A stretch of 64,000 nt of DNA from Wickerhamiella versatilis (lineage: Eukaryota). Positions 20,663 through 31,053 of the stretch are shown here, in pieces. Every line of letters starts with the position of its first letter. Positions within the stretch are counted from its first letter, which is position 1. Location: positions 1,674,001 to 1,738,000 of the forward strand of contig JAQOWU010000008.1 of NCBI GenBank assembly GCA_030867685.1, written 5' to 3'. The position numbers were made by a program, and so were the translations under genes. Below the pieces are notes generated by a model that worked only from the letters and a program-made list of their open reading frames with translations, was not told the origin of the DNA and did no database searches.

Positions 20663-21232
20663 ATGGTTCGACCGATTGTACTTAGTGGTCCAAGTGGGGC
20701 AGGAAAATCTACCTTGCTTAAAAAGCTCCTGGCTGATTATCCTGGAAAGTTTGGATTTAGTATTTCACATACGACGCGACAGCCTCGTGCAGGTGAATCT
20801 GATGGAGTACAATATCATTTTACCACTATCCCTAAGTTCGAGCAATTGATTGCTGATAAAAAGTTCATCGAATGGGCTAAATTTGGCGGCAACTTCTACG
20901 GGACCACTATTCAGGCTGTCGAAAATGTTTCGAAGGAGGGACAGGTGTGTATTCTGGATATTGATATGCAGGGTGTCAAAAGTGTCAAAAACACCTCTCT
21001 CAACGCTGCCTTCATTTTTGTAGCACCGCCAAGCATGGAAGATTTGCGTAAGCGTCTTGAGGGACGTGGCAGTGAAACACCAGAATCACTGGAGAAGCGA
21101 TTGGCTCATTCTCATGGCGAGATGGCTTATTCCAAAGAGCCTGGTAGCTATGATCTCGTCATTGTCAACGATAATCTTGAGAATGCATATCAACAGCTTA
21201 AAAATTTCCTAGAAAAAATCGATGTGGTATAG
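20663..21232 (+). CDS. GUK1: Guanylate kinase
   Basis: [31 protein letters not shown] and ILDIDMQGV. Confidence 0.96.
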   Translation: MVRPIVLSGPSGAGKSTLLKKLLADYPGKFGFSISHTTRQPRAGESDGVQYHFTTIPKFEQLIADKKFIEWAKFGGNFYGTTIQAVENVSKEGQVCILDIDMQGVKSVKNTSLNAAFIFVAPPSMEDLRKRLEGRGSETPESLEKRLAHSHGEMAYSKEPGSYDLVIVNDNLENAYQQLKNFLEKIDVV

Positions 21233-21283
21233 ATTGATTTTTTTCTTTTAGTTAGATCGTAAGAATTTAACCCTCACCCAGAC

Positions 21284-22411
21284 ATGGAGTTGGCTCGTCG
21301 GATTGAGGCCATGGATGGCGTCAAAGAGGCACGGGTTCGTAAGGAGCTGGCCAGTGAGCTTCTCAGTAAATATTTTCATGCATGTTTGTCCTCTACAGAA
21401 GTCCCTATAGACATAGTTGATGCGATAGGCTCTTTGGGTAAGAGTGGTGTATTCGACGAGCTCACGACCCTGGAAACAGTGGTAGTAGCGTGCCATTATG
21501 ATCGGAAAGAAGTAGTGATCTCTCTAGTCAAGCAAGTGGCATCACAAATATCAGACATCGCATGCCGAGAGCATATTCGCGAGATGGTTTCAGACGAGGC
21601 GCGTGGGATTTTGGACCTGAATCCCCCAATCCGTCAATTTAAGCCACAAAACCAGATCCAAGTGGATATTATCTCTGCAGCAAAAGAATACCCTCCTAGT
21701 AAGTCGGAAAAACAGTCACTGGAACCTCGACAAGATGTCCCTCATCCACAACAAGAGTCGATATCATCATCGACATCTCAGCATGCCGAGCAGCCTGCCT
21801 TAGACTTGACGGGAAGAGCAGAACTAGAGCAACGCAAAAATATTTATTTGCAATTGAAATCGTCCTTATCTGCAGACGAAATGGCACATCGCTTAATGAG
21901 AACAGTAAGACAAGCTTCATATGAAATTGTTGTGAGTACGTTGATTGAGGCCTGCTACCGGGAAAAGATATACAACCCGATATTTGCCAACACTGCGCAC
22001 CGTCTTTGCAGTTCCAATGCTGGCAATCAATGGGTGGAAAATATTCAGGAAGCTTTTCAGACAATATATGACACGGCCCACGATCTGGAGACTAGCCAAC
22101 TGCGTGCAGCTGGCAGCTTTTTCGGCTTTCTTCTCGCCATAAATTCGATAAATCTCTCAGTTACTCTTAGACGGGTGGAATTGGACCCTGAACAGAGCAC
22201 GCCTTCAAATAGAATTCTTCTGCAGTCTGTATTTCATGAGATGCAACAAGAACTCGGCAAGGAATCACTCATCTCTAAATTACACAAGGCAAATCTACCA
22301 GGACTATTTCCTGATACTGATAATCTGGAATTACTGAGATTCTCCATTAATTTTTTTACGGCGATTGGACTTGGAGGAGCCACCAAGGAAATGCGGAGTC
22401 GTCTCACATAA
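21284..22411 (+). CDS. CWC22: Pre-mRNA splicing factor Cwc22-like, shortened
   Basis: MA3 region RKNIYLQLKSSLSADEMAHRL, TPSNRILLQSVF and RFSINFFTAIGLG. Confidence 0.75.
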   Translation: MELARRIEAMDGVKEARVRKELASELLSKYFHACLSSTEVPIDIVDAIGSLGKSGVFDELTTLETVVVACHYDRKEVVISLVKQVASQISDIACREHIREMVSDEARGILDLNPPIRQFKPQNQIQVDIISAAKEYPPSKSEKQSLEPRQDVPHPQQESISSSTSQHAEQPALDLTGRAELEQRKNIYLQLKSSLSADEMAHRLMRTVRQASYEIVVSTLIEACYREKIYNPIFANTAHRLCSSNAGNQWVENIQEAFQTIYDTAHDLETSQLRAAGSFFGFLLAINSINLSVTLRRVELDPEQSTPSNRILLQSVFHEMQQELGKESLISKLHKANLPGLFPDTDNLELLRFSINFFTAIGLGGATKEMRSRLT

Positions 22412-22560
22412 GTTATATGTTTGCATTACTACCTATGCAAGTTAAATGTGTTGAGATTCTCTCTCAATCAATATTTTAAATTTCAAGAACATTACTTTCA
22501 AGCACGATTCCAGATATACTACTGTTCTTTAATGTTGCACGTCCGATAACACGTTTACTA

Positions 22561-22989
22561 ATGCCTCTACCAACCAGTCACCCTGAGCAGAAGAAGGAGC
22601 CGTTTGGCGAAAAAATAGCCCGCAAAAGTGCCGAGCAGCCTTTGGTGCCAGCATTTGCGGCCTTGACTTGTGGTGCTTTGTATCTTGCGGGAAGGGCATT
22701 GCGCTCAGGAAATGCTAGATTGGCTAACCGTATGTTTTTCTATCGTGTGATGTTTCAGGGAGCTACACTAGTCGCGTTGATAGGTGGTGCCTACTACTAT
22801 GGCGAGAAGTACCAGCGCAGCGAGAAATCCCGCGAAGAGAAACTACGCGAAACTGCAAAGCAACGTGAGCAGCTTTGGGTTGAGGAACTAGAGCGAATCG
22901 AAGCGGAGTCCCAGAAGCAAAAGAAGCAGAAAGAGGATCTTCAAAAGAAATTGAAAGAAATGCAACAGCAGTCGGGGTCTGAGAAGTAG
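22561..22989 (+). CDS. RCF1: Respiratory supercomplex factor 1 (HIG1 domain)
   Basis: EQPLVP...ANRMFFYRVMFQGAT and REQLWVEELER. Confidence 0.88.
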   Translation: MPLPTSHPEQKKEPFGEKIARKSAEQPLVPAFAALTCGALYLAGRALRSGNARLANRMFFYRVMFQGATLVALIGGAYYYGEKYQRSEKSREEKLRETAKQREQLWVEELERIEAESQKQKKQKEDLQKKLKEMQQQSGSEK

Positions 22990-23284
22990 AAATCAAATCG
23001 ATTCATGTTTGATCTATGAGTGTCTCCGGTATCCTGTATATCATACATAGGGAAGAATAACGAGTTAACGTCACAAGAGCATTTGACCGCTTTGTACATA
23101 CATATATATTATCATTACATCTTGTGTATAATAACTCTTGGGAAAAATTCGGACCTTGTTTGCCCCACATGTTAAAGGGATATGTAGTCGGCAAATAGAG
23201 CACACAACCGGAAAGTAAACTAGAATTTGTTTTGTTCGGTTACGAAATTAGGAAATGTTTACAAAAATAAATTAAATGCGATAA

Positions 23285-25372
23285 TCACTGTAGAGGGTTT
23301 TTCAGTCGAGGATATTCTTGTCGAAACAATTCTTCCAAACTTCTGCGATAGTTTTCTGGTTTCTTCCTTATGCTTTGCCATCTGTAACCATGATGCGGGA
23401 ATGCAGCAGCAGCATCTGCAACAATGTTGTTATCAAAATAGCAATACCAAAGCCATACGTCGCCATTATCTTTGTCTAAGCGAACCGCTTTCTCGAACAG
23501 CTCGCGGGCCTGGTCGGATTTTCCCTGAATCCATCGATCTAGCGCTAATAAAACAACGACAAGTGAATTGCCCTTTGACCGTTGAAGTGCCTCTGCCAGT
23601 AGTTTTTTTCTGTGCATACGTGGTGACCTTGTAACAAATAACCACCATAAGTATCCACATTCAGGACAGGATCTCAATGCCTCGTCTAGCATTGATGGGT
23701 CCAAAGCCACTCTTTTTTCCCATAGTATAAAGGATCTAGGATTTTGTTTGATTGCTTCTGTGAGAAGAGCTCTTCTCCGAACAGGTTCACGAATTTTTTC
23801 CGCGGCATAACAATATAATACCGGTGCCAGGGGGTCCCTGGGGTTCAATTTATTGAGAGATTGCGATGGTTCCCATAGACCCAATTGAACACCTTGTATC
23901 TGAAGCTTTGCATTGTCTGGAAAACGCACTATAGATTCTCGCAGTACATCAGAGGCTTTTGCTATATCTTGAGCCCACAATAATGCATGTATTAGTCGAT
24001 ATGCTGACCTCGGAGTTTTGAATCTCGAATAGGCACCCGATAGTACCTCTATTGGGTCTGGCAAAGTATCAGCAACATTGTACCAAGTGGATTCATCATT
24101 AGATTTTTGTAGCACCTCGTTTGCATCACTTTTCATAAAGCGGGTCCAAAATTCAGCAGGGGCCCCTACAGCAATTTCTGGGTTCGATCGAGCAACAGCC
24201 ATAGCTTCATCAGGCGCAATTGTAGCCCAATGCGAAAATTCCTTTGATGATATATTCTTTTTGCAGTGGAAAGCCCACGAAGAACTTGCCGAAACTGTGG
24301 ATAAGTCGAGAACATTGGCAAATGCAGCGGTGATATCCTTCGAAGCAGCAAGCCAGTCATCAGCCGAGAGTTCTTTCAGTTGCTTAATTGCAGTTTCAGG
24401 GTCGCATAAATTATGGGATACCTTTGAAACCCAAATTTTCACTGTACTTGGTGCTTTTTCCAGTGACTGGGGCTTCAGTTCGGCTAACCTTAGCCAAAGA
24501 CTCTCGTCATCCGGTACAAACTCCACAGCTGTCTCGAGTAGCATAAGTGGATCTGCTTCGAGCTCTGAGGCCATAATCCAAAAGTTTGCATGTGTAGGGT
24601 GGTACTCAAGGGCCCTTCTCAGCACAGGAAGGCGCTCTGATTTACCAGTGAGTTCCACCAGCTTGACCCAAAGACTCAATTCTGCCGCACAGGCCCTTAC
24701 AGCCTTTTCAGCAATGGTACGTGCTTCATGACCATCATATACCTTCAGTGCTTCATGCCAAATTGCTGGTTCGTGGGCGCAGAACTCACACCCCCGAGCC
24801 AACGCAGCTTTTGCTTTTTTTTGCCTTCCCGCTTCCATTTCAAGTCGAGACAGCCCAATCCATCCCGAGGAGTTCTGGGGCTCGACCTTGCAAAGACCCT
24901 CGAGTAGACTACGAACCCGGTCGAAATCGCCTATGTTTGAATGACCAGATATACTGTTATCCTGATTGTCAAGATTAAGTGACGGGGCCGAGTAGCTTCT
25001 CATCGACATTAATTCTGTTTGTCGTGTCCTTTTGTTTCGTCGTGTTGCATCCGCGGCATCCGGCAAATTTTCCCATTGTGCAGCTGATATGCTTTCGAGT
25101 CCAGAATTTGCGTTAGTCCGAGGCTTATCTTGCGTGTCTGATGACCTTTCTTGTGCTTTAGATGTCTTACGCCGCTTTCGATTGTCAATCATATCCCAAA
25201 GAGCTTGTGCCTGATTTGCTTCTCGGTGGGATACTACTGTATCTTTTCCACGTTTGCTTGGACGAGCAGACAAGCGCTCAGCCTCTGTCTGAAAGCCTAC
25301 CGCCCCTCTACCTACTCCAGGCTTATAGTTAGGGGGCGGATCCATACTCAAAAAGTCCCGGCCTACGAACAT
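23285..25372 (-). CDS. PRP6: U5 snRNP/tri-snRNP HAT-repeat splicing factor Prp6
   Basis: FLSMDPPPNYKPGVGRGAVGF N-terminus, QWENLPDA, HAT repeats and DNGDVW...HHGYRWQSIRK. Confidence 0.87.
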   Translation of the reverse strand: MFVGRDFLSMDPPPNYKPGVGRGAVGFQTEAERLSARPSKRGKDTVVSHREANQAQALWDMIDNRKRRKTSKAQERSSDTQDKPRTNANSGLESISAAQWENLPDAADATRRNKRTRQTELMSMRSYSAPSLNLDNQDNSISGHSNIGDFDRVRSLLEGLCKVEPQNSSGWIGLSRLEMEAGRQKKAKAALARGCEFCAHEPAIWHEALKVYDGHEARTIAEKAVRACAAELSLWVKLVELTGKSERLPVLRRALEYHPTHANFWIMASELEADPLMLLETAVEFVPDDESLWLRLAELKPQSLEKAPSTVKIWVSKVSHNLCDPETAIKQLKELSADDWLAASKDITAAFANVLDLSTVSASSSWAFHCKKNISSKEFSHWATIAPDEAMAVARSNPEIAVGAPAEFWTRFMKSDANEVLQKSNDESTWYNVADTLPDPIEVLSGAYSRFKTPRSAYRLIHALLWAQDIAKASDVLRESIVRFPDNAKLQIQGVQLGLWEPSQSLNKLNPRDPLAPVLYCYAAEKIREPVRRRALLTEAIKQNPRSFILWEKRVALDPSMLDEALRSCPECGYLWWLFVTRSPRMHRKKLLAEALQRSKGNSLVVVLLALDRWIQGKSDQARELFEKAVRLDKDNGDVWLWYCYFDNNIVADAAAAFPHHGYRWQSIRKKPENYRRSLEELFRQEYPRLKNPLQ

Positions 25373-25408
25373 TGCATGTCATAAGCAAGTCAGTCCTGAG
25401 TATCGTAT

Positions 25409-26623
25409 ATGCACTTGATCATATTAGTGCATGGGATGTTTGGCAAGCCCGCCCACCTTCAATGCATGCATAAGGAGTTTTGCTCTCAGCTTAGAGGGCA
25501 AAATTGTGTGGTTCACCTGGCCACGGCGAATTCTGCACTAGGTACCTTCGATGGTGTGGAGGCATGCGCTAGGCGCACCCTTTCAGAACTCGATGTGCTA
25601 ATGAAGATTTATAGCGACGAGGGTCATTCCATTACCTCCATCAGTATTGTGGGTTACTCGCTTGGAGGGCTCATAGCACGCTTCTTGATAGGACTTCTTG
25701 AAGATAGGAGGTTCTTTGATTCAGTGAAGCCTTTCCTTTTTGCAACCTTTGCTACGCCCCACGTAGGCACTGTTAAGTATCACAATGGGCCCCTCGCGGC
25801 CATTGTTAATGCAATTGGAGCCAACTTGCTTGGACCCTCTGGTCGCGACCTCTTCAACAAAAACGAGACTCTTTGTGAGCTTGCAAATCCTAAAGGAACT
25901 TCAATGAGTGGGTTAAAGAAATTCCCTCATCTATATCTTTTTGCTAATGCTGTTAATGACCGTACAGTGCCGTTCTGGACGGCGTACATCACGGATAAAT
26001 CACCATTCGAGGTGGGATCTGTTGACATTGTATTTTCTAACAAACCAATTATAGACTCCGAAAAGTCGCGGTGGTCGCCAAAAAAGAAACCCAGTGAAAC
26101 CAGTACCAAACGTAGGCTTTTGATTTCCTTGGCTATCTGTGTGTTTGGACCAATACTTCTCTCCGTCATGACCTTTGGAACGTTATTTGCCTACGCGAAG
26201 AAATGGTTAGGACTAGTATCCACTAAGTATGAGCATAAAATACTCACTGAAGACATTATGGCTGCAATATCATCAGCTGTTGAAGAAGTGCTGGAAGAAA
26301 ATACATCCTCTTATAATGTAAATACACAAAATGAGGATAAGGTCTGCACTTCTGGGCTCCCCCAAAAAGACTCCCTTCTCGAAATGCCAGAGTCGATGAT
26401 AGATCTTTGCGATGCGCGCATTCCTGTAACTAGACGGGTCAAACAGCAAATTGATACTTTGAACGAACTTCCTTGGCACAAGTATATGGTTAAGCTTCAG
26501 CGAAGCCATTCACATGCTGAAATAGTCAACAGAAGGAATGCATCTCAGGGTGAAGGTCTTCTAATTATCCGGGCTTTCGCAAAACAGTTCTCGAAGCATG
26601 TACTTGAGCAGGGCGAACTGTAG
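25409..26623 (+). CDS. DUF676 putative serine lipase (paralog 1)
   Basis: HLIILVHGMFG, GYSLGG nucleophile elbow, FATPHVG, NAVNDRTVPF and C-terminal HAEIV. Confidence 0.88.
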   Translation: MHLIILVHGMFGKPAHLQCMHKEFCSQLRGQNCVVHLATANSALGTFDGVEACARRTLSELDVLMKIYSDEGHSITSISIVGYSLGGLIARFLIGLLEDRRFFDSVKPFLFATFATPHVGTVKYHNGPLAAIVNAIGANLLGPSGRDLFNKNETLCELANPKGTSMSGLKKFPHLYLFANAVNDRTVPFWTAYITDKSPFEVGSVDIVFSNKPIIDSEKSRWSPKKKPSETSTKRRLLISLAICVFGPILLSVMTFGTLFAYAKKWLGLVSTKYEHKILTEDIMAAISSAVEEVLEENTSSYNVNTQNEDKVCTSGLPQKDSLLEMPESMIDLCDARIPVTRRVKQQIDTLNELPWHKYMVKLQRSHSHAEIVNRRNASQGEGLLIIRAFAKQFSKHVLEQGEL

Positions 26624-26812
26624 AATGTTTTCTCGATATAATACTACATATATAATAATATTGTACATATTTTGCAGCTTGGAACAAGCTTATGATCAAA
26701 ATTTCGAAGTAAGCGCCATATCAAGGAGAATAAGGTAAACCAGTTGGAACCTACTCGCCGCTCTCCTCAAGCAAAAAAAAAGCATCTACTAAAGTTACAA
26801 ATTGGTTAATGT

Positions 26813-28693
26813 TTATGCTTTGCGGACAAAATTGGACGGGAAAAGGCCCGCTCGTCCATTAAGCTCACCCGACCACCAGTCTTCAGAGGCATATTGAACG
26901 TTAGTGATTTTGTCCCCTTCCTTGAAGGTGAGTTCATCATCTCCCTCAGCATCATACTCATATTCGGCGATTACTACGTCGCCACCACCAGTATTTTTGT
27001 CTGGAAGAGATGGTGCTGCGGGCTCGGAGGGCGCAGGTGTCTCGTGAGTGCCACTACCGGTGCCACTGCCTTTGCCACCGCGAACCTTAACGTATTCTGC
27101 AGGAAAAAGTCCAATTTTACCTTGGGAGTTCATGCCTATCCACCAATTTTCATCAACAGTGTCGATGTTGGTAATGGTCTCTCCAACCCTGAGAGATATC
27201 TCGTTGTCCTCGCTAGGATCTTCTTGGTATTCAACCTCAACGACAGCAGTGAGGCCCTCATCTTCTTCAGGCTCACTAGCCTTGGTATGTTCCGGTTCTT
27301 TCTGGGTTTCCTTCTTTACAGGTGGCGCCGGTGGTGGTGAGGGCGACTTTTCGCGAGTTTCGACGGACGACTTGGGGGGCGCTTCATCGTTGCCATTGGT
27401 ACTCGCAAACCGCTTCGTCAAATCAGCAAAGGAAGGTGCAGGTTTCTCGTCATCTTTATCATTGATGTTGACCTTCTCTACTTGCTCCCTGGGTGTCTCT
27501 TCCTCCTCTACCTTGGTCTCAGCCTGAGGAGTAGACTTTACTGGCTCGGAATTGAATTTACCGTGCTTCTCGGCCCAGAGTTGGGCAGGGGATTTTCCAT
27601 CCTTAAGACCGAAATTCTTAAACTCCGAGGAGGAACCTGCACTGGTATCAGGAATCGATGTATCAACACCAGCTGAGCTGCGACCAAATGTTCGCTTTGC
27701 CGATGCAAATGAGCCACTGGTAGGCTTGTTGGCTTCAAATTCAGGTTTCGCACTACGGACTTGCGAATTAAATGCAGCCATTCTATCCTTTATTGAGCCA
27801 AGCGCTGGTTCCTCTTCCTGCACTGGTGCTCCAGAACGCTTGTCTGAGGTATCGTCGTCCTCCTGCTTCTTCAGCGCAGGGACTGAGGACGTGTTCTTGT
27901 CCTTTATTTCTTGCTCTTTCTTCGCTTGTGCTCTAATAGCCCCAAGATCAACCTTGCCTACCGGCTTATAGGAACTCTCGATCTTTTCAACCCGAGCATC
28001 AGCAAATTTAGAGCCACGACCTTCTCTGCGAATAGCCTCGAGGTCCACTTTACTAGAACCGGAAGCTGGCTTAGAGTCTAGTCCCTGAATTCTCTGTGGC
28101 CGACTTGAAGTACTCACCTCTACCTTTGTAGGTTTGTATGAGGATTTGGACGTGAGATCCAGCTCCTCTCTTTCCTCGACTGGTTTCGCATCACCCCAAT
28201 CGTCCTCGTTTGCACCTTCGGAAGCGGCAATATAGTGCGGCCTTGTTGCTGGAGCAGCAACGTTGTACTTAGATCCCGCAGAACTGTCCACTTTCTTAAG
28301 AATTGAAGCGGGAGTTAGATCATCAGCACTTCTTGCTGTAATCTGGATGTGGTGAGCTGTAAAATAGCGCGCAACTGCGGCGAAATGGTTCGTGAAATTG
28401 CTACGCTGGCGCTCTGGCGCAGCTTCACCAATCCAGCCAACTAAGATTACCTTTGGCGTCGTACCTACATCAACCTGTGCTAGGCCGTACTGAACTTTCG
28501 CTTCATCAAATTCCTCCACGAAGTCACGAAGACCACCACTGCTACCGGATCCTGTTTCCAGCGGGGTCAGTGCTGGCGTGGCACCCTTATATCCGAATAC
28601 TGCCCAGGTCACATCTGGGTCACTGGAGACTACAGCATCGTAAATTTTCTTAATGTCGCTTCCATACGTGCTCAAGTCGACAGATTTCGACAT
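26813..28693 (-). CDS. ABP1: Actin-binding protein 1 (ADF-H domain plus two SH3 domains)
   Basis: ADF-H N-terminus, acidic EDDWGD, YKPVGKVDL repeat, proline-rich segment and two SH3 domains. Confidence 0.92.
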   Translation of the reverse strand: MSKSVDLSTYGSDIKKIYDAVVSSDPDVTWAVFGYKGATPALTPLETGSGSSGGLRDFVEEFDEAKVQYGLAQVDVGTTPKVILVGWIGEAAPERQRSNFTNHFAAVARYFTAHHIQITARSADDLTPASILKKVDSSAGSKYNVAAPATRPHYIAASEGANEDDWGDAKPVEEREELDLTSKSSYKPTKVEVSTSSRPQRIQGLDSKPASGSSKVDLEAIRREGRGSKFADARVEKIESSYKPVGKVDLGAIRAQAKKEQEIKDKNTSSVPALKKQEDDDTSDKRSGAPVQEEEPALGSIKDRMAAFNSQVRSAKPEFEANKPTSGSFASAKRTFGRSSAGVDTSIPDTSAGSSSEFKNFGLKDGKSPAQLWAEKHGKFNSEPVKSTPQAETKVEEEETPREQVEKVNINDKDDEKPAPSFADLTKRFASTNGNDEAPPKSSVETREKSPSPPPAPPVKKETQKEPEHTKASEPEEDEGLTAVVEVEYQEDPSEDNEISLRVGETITNIDTVDENWWIGMNSQGKIGLFPAEYVKVRGGKGSGTGSGTHETPAPSEPAAPSLPDKNTGGGDVVIAEYEYDAEGDDELTFKEGDKITNVQYASEDWWSGELNGRAGLFPSNFVRKA

Positions 28694-29831
28694 TTCCAGT
28701 CCAGTGTGGAGTCGAACTATAGGTTGTTATTAATAAATCGTCTATTACGTAGCTTCCCAGGATCAGTAGATTGCGCTTATGGCTGAATAGAGCTTAGCAC
28801 CAATTTTCTGGCCAAGAACGGTTGAAATATGCCTGCTTGCAAAATTATTAGTGTTTTGTTATTTAGCAACCACTTTTTTTTGCTCTGCAGTTAAAACGAT
28901 TTAAACAACATAACGTGAAAGTAGTCGGTTTCAACTTTTCTCTTCCATTTTTTTTTCATTATACTGCAATATTTTCGCCCATCTTAGCTACCTCCCCTCC
29001 AATGTTTGAGAAGTAGTGTAGAGAGGGCCGAAATCTTATTCTAGCCGAGACATGCTGCACCGAGAAATTTCGCTTCTAGAATATCCATTGTCCAAAATGT
29101 TTAGCCATAAACCTTTTCAGCACTACCCCATTAAATCTAATTGCACTTGCTTCACATAATACTCAACTCAATTCCGAGCTAGCTTTACAAAGAAGGAAAT
29201 ACCCTGTCCTGACTGTGTGACACAAGTACGATTACGAGATCCTCGCGTGCTTCTCAATTCCAACCACTTTTGGCAGGTAAGATTGGCTGAATCAAAGTAG
29301 TTATCTATATAGCTTACTTCTCTTTTAGGATCCGATGAGTATCAATAAATAGTAGCATTGTGGTTAGTTCATAATGAGGCTGGTAAATTTAGAGTCGTTT
29401 AATCATAGCCTAACCCTATCAGGCCCAACTGCACGTCACCTGTAGGCAGGTCTGAACCAATCTACAAAAAAAAATGTAAAAAATTTCATCTAATCTCAAG
29501 CTTTTTCATAACTGAATTTTAATTTATTTCTATCAGTCATCGATGATCATCGAAACCCAAATTAGCTTGTCCGAAAATGGGAAGAGACCGCAGTTTTGGG
29601 GATTACCTCAGCAGGTCCTTCCACTGGTTCCTGTAGCATAGAGGCAGCCACTCTATTCGTCCTGCTGCTGGCGTGGCCCTTGAAAGTCAAAAGGTACAAC
29701 TTTTCTAGTTGTGTCAACTTTCGAGGTCATCTCTCAACCCGTCCCGACGTTTCTGTCGTTGCAACCCAACAGCATCAACTTTAACAAAGACACTCTTTTA
29801 CGATTGATTCAGTTCTAACACTCTCTTTACC

Positions 29832-30827
29832 ATGGAAATAAATCCTGATTTCAGCTTCCCTCTGCCAGCACCCACAAGTGGCCAGGTACCTTCAAGAAGT
29901 CGCAGTTTTGGCTCGCGGCCAGGGCGAGTTCATGCCCATCGACGGTCGGGTGCAGTATCTGAAGATTTTGACGTTCGTACTTCTGTAAAATCTACACTGG
30001 TATGCCCTGCAAGTCCTAGTGCTTTGCATAAGCTTCCACCAAGCACTCCTCGGAGTCCTGAGACCCCCTTTTACGGGCAGTCTCTTCATACGATGAGTGC
30101 TTCCAGTCTTAGCTCTGAGTCTACTGCGGTCAGCGAAGGCTTGAGCCGGCGACTGTCGTTCGTTGGACCCCCAAGCCCGCGCCGCTCCCCTCATTTAAAT
30201 GACATAGGGGAACCCGGACCTACCTCTTCCCATAATGACGCCAGGATAATACCCTCGAAAAAAACGGACAACAAGGAGGATGATGGTGGTAGAAGACACA
30301 AGAAGCATTCAAAAAGAAATTCCTTTGTAAAGCTTTTCAAACGAAAGTCTCCGAGCAAAGGCAATACTACCCCTCCCTCCGCGCAGAAGTCCGATGCCAA
30401 TGCACTAAGAGGATCTCCCTCGCTGGCCCCACCCGCTGCACCCCCCACAGTGCGGTTCTCCCCTCTTGTTACTCCACGTCATTCTTATGAAATGGAGCCG
30501 GAGCCTCCTTCGATTGACCTTAATGAGGCCCTGAGCTCAAGTTTTGCTCATCGTCGTACCCAAAGTCTACCTAGTGGCCTTGAATCACCTTTTTCTAAAG
30601 GTGTGGCGGCGAGCAACATAGGTCCAGTGATGGAGGAGGAGGATGGTGCCGAGGATGATCCTTTTTCCTCGCGCCAGAAACGAACTAGCATAAGTAGCCT
30701 GGGCATAGCTGAACCGCCGTCAATGCCATCAGCGGTCCCAGCTCAAGGTGTAATTAGGAGATCTAGTTCTCCGCGTCGACATAAGAAGAGCCGGAGCGTT
30801 CTGGAGCGTATTTTTGGCCACAAATAG
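29832..30827 (+). CDS. Ser/Pro-rich disordered conserved fungal protein
   Basis: 331-aa ORF with DFSFP, HAHRRSGAVSEDF, IDLNEAL and HRRTQSLP short motifs. A Zrg8-like identity is possible but uncertain. Confidence 0.7.
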   Translation: MEINPDFSFPLPAPTSGQVPSRSRSFGSRPGRVHAHRRSGAVSEDFDVRTSVKSTLVCPASPSALHKLPPSTPRSPETPFYGQSLHTMSASSLSSESTAVSEGLSRRLSFVGPPSPRRSPHLNDIGEPGPTSSHNDARIIPSKKTDNKEDDGGRRHKKHSKRNSFVKLFKRKSPSKGNTTPPSAQKSDANALRGSPSLAPPAAPPTVRFSPLVTPRHSYEMEPEPPSIDLNEALSSSFAHRRTQSLPSGLESPFSKGVAASNIGPVMEEEDGAEDDPFSSRQKRTSISSLGIAEPPSMPSAVPAQGVIRRSSSPRRHKKSRSVLERIFGHK

Positions 30828-31053
30828 CTCACCAACAACGAGCTATCTTTCATTTTTTTAAAATAAACTAAGCTAAATAAACTAACTAAACAACAATTTT
30901 TATTCATTCATACATCCCATGCAACATTGTTCTTGATATCCTAATGAAAAATATCCGCTTGTCTCGTGAGGTGCAGTACCAGTACCCATACAAGAGTGCC
31001 TCCTTCTATCACAGGGTTATCCACATATTAAGGTAAGATCAAATAAATAGTAA

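Noticed and set aside
24078-24731. 217-aa ORF antisense to PRP6
   Set aside because: Entirely nested opposite a conserved gene, with no motifs.
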